In this document: piece after piece, positions 57,304 through 64,000 of the stretch
Numbering within the stretch: the first letter of the stretch is position 1
How the letters are laid out: each line of letters starts with the position of its first letter
Sequence record: ON528745
Length of the DNA stretch: 64,000 nucleotides
Source: Shigella phage ESH35
Reading direction: 5' to 3' (one strand)
Program-made: the position numbers and the translations under genes
The notes under the pieces: generated by a model
Databases searched by the model: none
What the model was told of the DNA's origin: nothing
What the model saw: only the letters and a program-made list of their open reading frames with translations

Positions 57304-57599
57304 TGAATATTAAAAAGTTTCAAATTGATGGAATTATGAATCAAATCCAGGCATTGGAATATGCCAATAAAATGATGTCAACTAATTGGGGAATTTATGC
57401 CAATGAACCGGTATTTAAGTTCTGTAATATGGAATTCACCAAAAAGCTCGTAGGAAAAGATTATGTATGTCCATTTAGTTCTCCAATAAATGGAATGCTA
57501 AAACCTGCTTTACGCGATCTTTATATTGCGATGAACGAAGAAATGATAAAAGAATTAAAACGTCAACTGAAGGTGATTCAATTTGGCCAGGGAAATTAA
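57303..57599 (+). CDS. hypothetical protein
   Basis: 98-aa ORF. Confidence 0.45.
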   Translation: MNIKKFQIDGIMNQIQALEYANKMMSTNWGIYANEPVFKFCNMEFTKKLVGKDYVCPFSSPINGMLKPALRDLYIAMNEEMIKELKRQLKVIQFGQGN

Positions 57600-57801
57600 T
57601 TCAAAATCTGACTATTTTAATTCTCTCAATGATAAAGATAAAAATCTAATACGGCATTTTATCGTTGAGATGGGATATACTGATACACGTGATTTAAGAG
57701 AACATATATTTGAATGTGGTGTAGCTAAAAAGTTTTCATTCACATGCAAATGTTTAAGAGAGGTAATTCAGCACTATGAACAATTTAGTCGCAAAACATA
57801 A
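57583..57801 (+). CDS. hypothetical protein
   Basis: 72-aa track ORF; start uncertain. Confidence 0.35.
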   Translation: MAREINSKSDYFNSLNDKDKNLIRHFIVEMGYTDTRDLREHIFECGVAKKFSFTCKCLREVIQHYEQFSRKT

Positions 57802-57884
57802 TTTTAATAAAGCTTCTGTTCATAAGGATAAGAAGAAAGCGTTTAAAGAATCTAATCGCAAACAGAAACATAAGGGGAAGGTCT

Positions 57885-58163
57885 ATGATTATTGATTCTC
57901 AATCCGTGGTTCAATACACAATCAAAATTGATATTCTAGAAAAGCTATATAAGTTTCTACCAAATCTATACCATTCAATTGTCAATGAATTAGTTGAAGA
58001 ACTACATCTTGAGAATAACGATTTCTTAATTGGAACTTATAAAGACCTCTCAAAAGTAGGATATTTTTACGTAATTCCAGCTCCAGGAAAAAGTATTGAT
58101 GATGTATTAAAAACTATAATGATTTATGTCCATGATTACGAAATTGAAGATTATTTCGAATGA
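57885..58163 (+). CDS. arn: possible Arn (anti-restriction, McrBC inhibitor)
   Basis: 92 aa acidic protein (T4 Arn length) near asiA; assignment by size and synteny only. Confidence 0.4.
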   Translation: MIIDSQSVVQYTIKIDILEKLYKFLPNLYHSIVNELVEELHLENNDFLIGTYKDLSKVGYFYVIPAPGKSIDDVLKTIMIYVHDYEIEDYFE

Positions 58164-58312
58164 GTCATAATCTTGAAATGGTAATCGAGCATAATGCAGC
58201 TCAGGAACGCGAGTCGTTCAAGGAATTCGTAGAAAAAATTTTTGAAGAAAATAACACAGACCAGTTTACAAATCAAGCGTCTGATGATATTATAACAAAG
58301 TCAACTAATTGA
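58160..58312 (+). CDS. hypothetical acidic small protein
   Basis: Not in track; about 50-aa ORF with ATGA overlap. Confidence 0.3.
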   Translation: MSHNLEMVIEHNAAQERESFKEFVEKIFEENNTDQFTNQASDDIITKSTN

Positions 58313-58324
58313 GTGGTATAGTTA

Positions 58325-58597
58325 ATGAATAAAAATATTGATACAGTTCGTGAAATTATTACTGTTGCGTCTATTTTGATTAAATTTTCCAGAGAAGATA
58401 TTGTTGAGAATCGTGCTAATTTTATTGCATTTCTGAATGAGATTGGAGTAACGCATGAAGGTAGAAAATTAAATCAGAATTCATTCCGTAAAATTGTTTC
58501 TGAATTAACCCAAGAAGATAAGAAAACCCTCATCGACGAATTCAACGAGGGTTTTGAGGGTGTATATCGATATCTAGAGATGTATACAAACAAATAA
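58325..58597 (+). CDS. asiA: anti-sigma-70 factor AsiA
   Basis: 90 aa; MNKNIDTVREIITVASILIKFSREDIVENRANFIAFLNEIG.. recognised as T4 AsiA. Confidence 0.9.
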   Translation: MNKNIDTVREIITVASILIKFSREDIVENRANFIAFLNEIGVTHEGRKLNQNSFRKIVSELTQEDKKTLIDEFNEGFEGVYRYLEMYTNK

Positions 58598-59254
58598 TTA
58601 TTTAGCCCTTCCTAATATTCTGGCCGCCTGAGAACATATTGATTCAAGGCGGTCATTACTTATATGATCATTTCTATACCAGTACATGGTTATTGTTCCA
58701 GCATAGATGTTATCCAAATTAAAATATGGACAACTGTACATGTAGTTTATTTCGGGAGTAGGCTTTTTAGTTGGTAAAAAAGCAAATTTTGAGTTGGAAT
58801 AATAATGACGTCCATTTAAATGAACTGTATATTCATCCATAGTTTTATCAACAGGATATCCTCCAAGTGATTTTTCACTTATTGTTGAAGGTAATTTTCC
58901 TTCATATGCTATAACATCAACAAAATAGTTTAAGTTTTTAGGGCGGAAAGAATACACCGCACTAAAGTCTGCCTCAGATGATATGTGAACTATCTGGAGT
59001 TGTTCCAGGGCGACAGATTCAAAGCGTGCATTTCTTTCCTTTTCAATAATTTCACTGTATGTTTCATACTTTGATTGCTTATAGTACTCAAAGAAACTAT
59101 CTCCCCTATACCAAACAATCGCCATCATAAATAAAAGAATTACGACAGCTACCCGGGAAGCAAGAACTTTCCCGGTAGCGTTATCTTTGAACAAGCGATC
59201 TAGAACACCAAATAGAATATCAGAGGGCGAAAATGATATTCTAGGTGCTGCCAT
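58598..59254 (-). CDS. t: holin T
   Basis: 218 aa (T4 T length); N-terminal TM segment VAVVILLFMMAIVWY; AGGAGG upstream. Confidence 0.9.
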   Translation of the reverse strand: MAAPRISFSPSDILFGVLDRLFKDNATGKVLASRVAVVILLFMMAIVWYRGDSFFEYYKQSKYETYSEIIEKERNARFESVALEQLQIVHISSEADFSAVYSFRPKNLNYFVDVIAYEGKLPSTISEKSLGGYPVDKTMDEYTVHLNGRHYYSNSKFAFLPTKKPTPEINYMYSCPYFNLDNIYAGTITMYWYRNDHISNDRLESICSQAARILGRAK

Positions 59255-59284
59255 AGACCCTCCTTTTAAGGATATTTATTCAAA

Positions 59285-60073
59285 TTATACTCTTGGACCA
59301 TATATTGCTCCAACGTTTTGCCATGTCGGTGTAGACCCTATGACGGCATAACCAGCAGCTCCGCCATCGTATTCAGATCCTTGACCACGAATATTACATC
59401 TACCTCCTGCGGAGCCAACTTCGCCACCGCCACCGCCGCTATAGATACCGTTCACAGACCCTGCGCCAGGCGCAGAAATAGTACCAGCAGTTGCTCCTGA
59501 TTGCATATCAATAGATCCGCCCGGTGCGCCAAACGGACGCCCGCCGCCGCCGCCAAAAGTCAATCTCATTTGTGAAAAAGGAGAATAATATCCGCCGCCG
59601 CCACCGCCGCCACCTCCAGCAATAGCTCCGCCATTATTAATTCTTAGTCTCCCACCAATATCGTTTTGAATACAATGACCTCCAGCTGAGCCAGGACTAT
59701 TGCTACCGCCATTACCGCCACGTCCATACATCGTTACGCCGTGTATATTCAACTGAACATATTCATTCGGTGTATCTCCATACATGAAGAATAAAGGAAC
59801 ATCTTTAGAATATGATACTAAATCTCCAGTGATATTAAACACTATAGGTGCACTACCTGCCTCAAAACATCTATCTCGGAACCATTGACCATTGAAGTTA
59901 TGGTCTGCTCCAAGTGTGTGAATTACTTCAACAGATCGACCTATCATATTACTCATCCAAAACGGAATTCCCATTCTCAATCTCTGTGCGGCACCACCCA
60001 TCCAAGGATCTCCAGTCTGTACCCTTGCAGACCATCCTACCCACGGTCCTGTTACTGCCATATAAACCTCCAA
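59285..60073 (-). CDS. 38: T2-type tail-fibre adhesin gp38 with glycine-rich motifs
   Basis: 262 aa; several poly-Gly islands ([39 protein letters not shown]). Confidence 0.8.
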   Translation of the reverse strand: MEVYMAVTGPWVGWSARVQTGDPWMGGAAQRLRMGIPFWMSNMIGRSVEVIHTLGADHNFNGQWFRDRCFEAGSAPIVFNITGDLVSYSKDVPLFFMYGDTPNEYVQLNIHGVTMYGRGGNGGSNSPGSAGGHCIQNDIGGRLRINNGGAIAGGGGGGGGGYYSPFSQMRLTFGGGGGRPFGAPGGSIDMQSGATAGTISAPGAGSVNGIYSGGGGGEVGSAGGRCNIRGQGSEYDGGAAGYAVIGSTPTWQNVGAIYGPRV

Positions 60074-60088
60074 GGGGCCGAAGCCCCT
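60073..60088 (-). other. stem-loop in the gene 37-38 intergenic region
   Basis: GGGGCTTCGGCCCC (on - strand) between gp37 stop and the GGAGG RBS of gp38; no U-run on the late strand. Confidence 0.4.
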
Positions 60089-60092
60089 CTTA

Positions 60093-63000
60093 TTATTTTA
60101 ACAATGATTTAACTAATGCTTTAAGTTCTTCAATTTCTGATTTAAGTTCCGCAATTTCTGCAGTATGCTCATTGATTGCAGCTGTATTTAAACCAATTAC
60201 ACCGTTATAGTTCAAACGAAGTAAAGCTTCGCCATCAGGGTCACCTTCAACTAATTCAGGCAAAATAGCTTGAACTTCTTGAGCTATCAAACCGGCGTTT
60301 GGTTCCCATTTCTGATTACCTTCTTCATCTAGGCCTCGCTTCTGCATATAAGTGTAACCATTAATTTTTGAAAGCTTCTCAGAAGCATTTTCAAATTTAA
60401 CGAGGTCTTTTTTAACACGAATATCAGAACGGACATAAACATCACGGACAAACGTTGAATAACTATCATTTGCCTGAACGAGATGCCCATGAGAAACGAT
60501 AGCTCTTCCAACTTCTGTCCAAAAAGCACCGGTTGAATCCCAAAGCCCAGGATGAGATTGATAGCCTGCTCCCCAGTTTGCAATATGTATACCATTGGCA
60601 ACCATATTGATTCGGCCGTCACCGCCATGAACTAACCCAGTGTCATTATCACCAATAACAACGCATGCGCCTGTCCATACAGGGTCACCTCCACCAGCTG
60701 ATAATCTTACTCCAGCTTTAACCATGTCAGGAACGTACATGTTTCCATTATGGTGGAATTCGAAGATAGCTTGCGGATCGCTAGCATTTTCCTGATTACC
60801 TACACGGATAATACCTTGTGCCCAGTTATTAGTAATGCGTCGCATACCGAAATCAACACCAGATACGTACCCTTCATTAGTAATAACAGATTTTCCTTTA
60901 ATAATAGGATAATAGCAGTCATTGCCGACACTACCAAAATCCACAAATATAGGAGCTTCTTGATGCCATTGGTTTCCCCAGTCACCAGCTTGATGCGCAG
61001 TCCATTGAGTCCCATTTATATGGAGACGATCGCAGTTAAAGTTAAATGTTGCAGCACCTTGTGGAATCAGCGCGATTTCACCAATAGAGTTAATTTGCAC
61101 AGCCCCATTGGTTTTATAGTTGTAGAATGATACGGTATTATCAGCGCCGCCTTTACCAATATACCATTGATTTTCTCCACCGCCAGTAGAAAGAAGGTAG
61201 CTTGCATCAGTCGCTGAAGGCGCAGCTAAGTTAATAGCATCAGAATCTCTTCTAATAATCAACTTGCCGGTCATCGTGTCGCCTTCTTTCGAAACACGAG
61301 TCGCAATAGCATCGCGAATATTAGTTACGTCGCCAGCTGAAGTAAACGTTTTCCAGATATCAGACCAGATATTACCATTGCGAGCAATAGTAGCTTCACC
61401 GCCGCCAACAGAAACGTTATCTGGGAAGTTAACAGTACCGTCTTGATTAAAACGAGACGTATGGCCTTGTGAACCATCTTCTTTCAGATGATGAATAACG
61501 AATGTACCCGAATTAATTTCAGTACCTAAAGACCAAACGGATTTACCGTTTAGAAACTTCTGTTTAACAATAGGATAATATTTGCTTACAGCATCGTCAT
61601 CGATTTCCTGGAAAACAGGAGCTGCTTGAGCATATTGAATATCATAACCACCAGCGCCTGCACCATGGCCAACAAATTTAATATAGCCGTTCGCAGTGAT
61701 CGTATTGTATTTTGATTGTAAATCTGGAATAGTAACTTTACCAGTATCTAAAGCCATACTAAACGGGCGAAGTGGACCGATATCGCCATCTTTGCCTTCG
61801 CCATAAGCAGTTGGAATAATATGAAGACTTTCTTCTGAACGTCTAAAAATGGCTCCATAATCTGCGTTCCAAATACGAAGAGCATTCACTGCTCCAGATG
61901 AAATTTCACCTGTTGTGTGAACTCCTCTATCTCCAGCAGTAACACCAGATGATTCAAATGAACCATTAACGTTCATTTCTACTTCACCTGTTGTAAGTCT
62001 TTGAATATAGCTCATCCAACTAGTTGCATCAGAAATTTCCATGACATTTTTACGATTACCTACGCTAGGATTAGTAAACGTGTTACCCCACACGGAAATT
62101 GTCATATTATCAACTGAACTACTACCAGTTGTGTTACCTCTAAACAACAGAGTAGATGCATTGTTGCGGCCGTCAATATTAACCGAACCACCAATAACAT
62201 TAATATCACCTGGAGTAACTAACAAACCGCCTTGAGTATTAATGTTTGTAGTACCCTTACCGCGGAAATAATGATGATAGTTACCGCCTTGGTAATATCC
62301 TAAAAGAGTTTGACCGTCACCATACGCGTTATTATCATGGTAAGTAACAACAGTGGCCAAAGCATAGTTTTCTGTCGGTGGCGTTGTCATAAGAAGCCCA
62401 TCTGGAGAATAAGCCATAACCATTTTTCTAAGGCTTTGCGTTTCTCCTGGGCCATAGATGAAAGTTTTTGTTCCGTTGTTTACTGTATAGAAATATCCAT
62501 CTTGATGCCATTTTAACCCAGTGTCATTATCACCAAGAGCAATTGAGGCAGTCCCTAATTCAGAATATCCTTTTGGACCGCCTGGGGTACCTATAGAAAT
62601 AGAATGACCCGCTTTCAACCCACCGGACCACGTAAACGACCAAAGATAGGCATCTAACCCGTCACCGGCGTACCAGGTTATCCCGTCGTTATCTTTAACT
62701 TCATGGAATATACCAGATCCTACGGCATTTCGCATAACACGGAGGTGGTTAATAGCCGTTTCGCTTTCTGCCAATGGAGTGTTATTTGCTAATGAATAGA
62801 TATCATAATCGCCTGTCTTCTTCCCATTTGTAATAACTTTATCGGTCAGAATTTGTGGAGACGAAATAGATTTCCATGCTGATACTTCAGGTGAAGTAAA
62901 TAGGCCACTGCCTGAAAATGCATAAGTGCTTTCGCTACCAGCGGCGTAGTCTTGAACCCTGATATTAAGTACTTGTGTAGTTAAACCATCATTAGCCGGG

Positions 63001-63407
63001 GCATAAATGATTCCACGTTCGCGACTATTGCCATCGAAAAAACGAACATGCGCTGTACCTGAACTTTTTGTAATAAGTTCTCCGCCTTCAGTCATAATCT
63101 GCCCGGCGGCAATAATATCACGAGTTACTCGAGCAATACCAGTTAAATTAAAATTACCTGTCTGAGTGAATGTGCCATTTAAAGTATAATCGCCAGTTTG
63201 GTTATAATTGCCTGTATGAATAACATTCCCGTCAATATTACCGCCTTTAGCAAAACCCAGATCAATAATATTTCCTTGGTCATCTTTAGTAAAAAGTACA
63301 CGGTCTTTTAAGTTTATAGCCAATTCACCTTCGGCTAATACTGAAGCGGCAGGACGTGCTCCTGCAGTTTTGCTTCTTTTAAATTGTATTTGTTTTAAAG
63401 TAGCCAT
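60093..63407 (-). CDS. 37: long tail fibre distal subunit gp37
   Basis: 1104-aa ORF rich in G/T/N/S repeats immediately upstream of gp38 on the late strand. Confidence 0.85.
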   Translation of the reverse strand: MATLKQIQFKRSKTAGARPAASVLAEGELAINLKDRVLFTKDDQGNIIDLGFAKGGNIDGNVIHTGNYNQTGDYTLNGTFTQTGNFNLTGIARVTRDIIAAGQIMTEGGELITKSSGTAHVRFFDGNSRERGIIYAPANDGLTTQVLNIRVQDYAAGSESTYAFSGSGLFTSPEVSAWKSISSPQILTDKVITNGKKTGDYDIYSLANNTPLAESETAINHLRVMRNAVGSGIFHEVKDNDGITWYAGDGLDAYLWSFTWSGGLKAGHSISIGTPGGPKGYSELGTASIALGDNDTGLKWHQDGYFYTVNNGTKTFIYGPGETQSLRKMVMAYSPDGLLMTTPPTENYALATVVTYHDNNAYGDGQTLLGYYQGGNYHHYFRGKGTTNINTQGGLLVTPGDINVIGGSVNIDGRNNASTLLFRGNTTGSSSVDNMTISVWGNTFTNPSVGNRKNVMEISDATSWMSYIQRLTTGEVEMNVNGSFESSGVTAGDRGVHTTGEISSGAVNALRIWNADYGAIFRRSEESLHIIPTAYGEGKDGDIGPLRPFSMALDTGKVTIPDLQSKYNTITANGYIKFVGHGAGAGGYDIQYAQAAPVFQEIDDDAVSKYYPIVKQKFLNGKSVWSLGTEINSGTFVIHHLKEDGSQGHTSRFNQDGTVNFPDNVSVGGGEATIARNGNIWSDIWKTFTSAGDVTNIRDAIATRVSKEGDTMTGKLIIRRDSDAINLAAPSATDASYLLSTGGGENQWYIGKGGADNTVSFYNYKTNGAVQINSIGEIALIPQGAATFNFNCDRLHINGTQWTAHQAGDWGNQWHQEAPIFVDFGSVGNDCYYPIIKGKSVITNEGYVSGVDFGMRRITNNWAQGIIRVGNQENASDPQAIFEFHHNGNMYVPDMVKAGVRLSAGGGDPVWTGACVVIGDNDTGLVHGGDGRINMVANGIHIANWGAGYQSHPGLWDSTGAFWTEVGRAIVSHGHLVQANDSYSTFVRDVYVRSDIRVKKDLVKFENASEKLSKINGYTYMQKRGLDEEGNQKWEPNAGLIAQEVQAILPELVEGDPDGEALLRLNYNGVIGLNTAAINEHTAEIAELKSEIEELKALVKSLLK

Positions 63408-63415
63408 AAGTCCTC

Positions 63416-64000
63416 TTAATAATAGCCGAAATCTTGAACAGAATCCTTAATAACAATTTGGTCAAATCGTGGAACATGTGAGGGTTGAGATGCAGGATTC
63501 TGTGAAAAAAGGTTTGGCGCAGTTAAATTTCCTGTCATAGTGTCTCCAGAGCGTAATACCCTAGAGTTTGCGTTTGCTGTAACAATATTTATTGCTCCAT
63601 CAACATAATCTTTCCGCGTAAGGTCATAATTATTTACTGGTGATAACGAAGTTACACGGATTTGTGATGCTTCAATTACGCCCTTTGAGCTAATATCTCC
63701 ATTTCGTGTGTTAATTACTACAGTTCTACCTGCTGTTCCTTGTGATGATTTAAAACCAATACCATACCACGAAACAATATCCATATTTGTAGTATCATAC
63801 GTGGCACTATCACCAGGACCAGCAAAAATACCATTATCGCCTGACCCTGCGCCAGGAACAGTCATTCCTTTATTAAAAATTACTTTATTTAAATAAGTAC
63901 CACCATTAGCTTTAGAAACGAAATCGTTATCTGCAGCTTGTGGTTTATTATATTCTGAATATATTTTAAATGATTTATAGAGTACATCGTCACCGGCTGG
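63416..64000 (-). CDS. 36: tail fibre protein gp36, 5' end outside window
   Basis: Track ORF 63416..63865; I read the frame as open past the track ATG to the window edge. Confidence 0.65.
   Translation of the reverse strand, partial: PAGDDVLYKSFKIYSEYNKPQAADNDFVSKANGGTYLNKVIFNKGMTVPGAGSGDNGIFAGPGDSATYDTTNMDIVSWYGIGFKSSQGTAGRTVVINTRNGDISSKGVIEASQIRVTSLSPVNNYDLTRKDYVDGAINIVTANANSRVLRSGDTMTGNLTAPNLFSQNPASQPSHVPRFDQIVIKDSVQDFGYY

Noticed and set aside
60073-60088. Hairpin between genes 37 and 38 as a late-transcript terminator
   Set aside because: On the late strand it is followed by the gp38 RBS rather than a U-run, so it is more likely an mRNA stability or processing element.
60329-63865. Plus-strand track ORFs inside the tail-fibre genes (60329..60628, 60750..61130, 61264..61446, 62041..62235, 62310..62516, 63708..63896)
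   Set aside because: They are antisense to the long gp37/gp36 reading frames and have no start signals.
1-64000. tRNA genes, rRNA genes, CRISPR arrays, integrase or attachment sites
   Set aside because: None seen. The T-even tRNA cluster lies outside this map interval, the phage is strictly lytic, and there are no repeat-spacer arrays.

Overview
The window is a contiguous 64 kb segment of a T-even (T4-like, Tequatrovirus-type) myovirus genome, in reverse orientation relative to the conventional T4 map. It is densely coding, with early and middle genes on the + strand and late genes on the - strand at the right end. Gene order left to right: a 5'-truncated GIY-YIG endonuclease and the nrdC-proximal block of unknown ORFs; nrdC, 49, nrdD (no intron), nrdG, nrdH; 55; alpha-gt; 47 and 46; an antisense freestanding HNH endonuclease; 45.2, rpbA, 45, 44, 62, regA, 43; imm-like, 42, a DxD glycosyltransferase where T4 has beta-gt, uvsX, 40, 41; the dmd / 61.4 / sp / 61.2 / 61.1 / 61 block; 56, soc, mrh, modB, modA, srd, dda, dexA; a T2-style fused gene 39 with no gene 60 bypass; rIIA, rIIB, denB, 52, motA, asiA; then holin t, a glycine-rich T2-type gp38, gp37 and partial gp36 on the - strand. 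No tRNA, rRNA, CRISPR or intron was seen. Assignments rest on recognised T4 protein sequences, lengths and synteny recalled from memory; no database search was run. Coordinates follow the supplied ORF track; starts I moved and the few sub-60-aa ORFs I added from my own reading may be off by a few bases. The most interesting material is accessory: two freestanding homing endonucleases, six copies of a conserved early-promoter/leader cassette (PeSL-like) fronting unknown small ORFs, a secreted-protein/lipoprotein pair next to imm, a tandem family of coiled-coil-tailed proteins, and a counter-defence cluster between 41 and 61. I could not single out one clearly undescribed system; the findings list the candidates.
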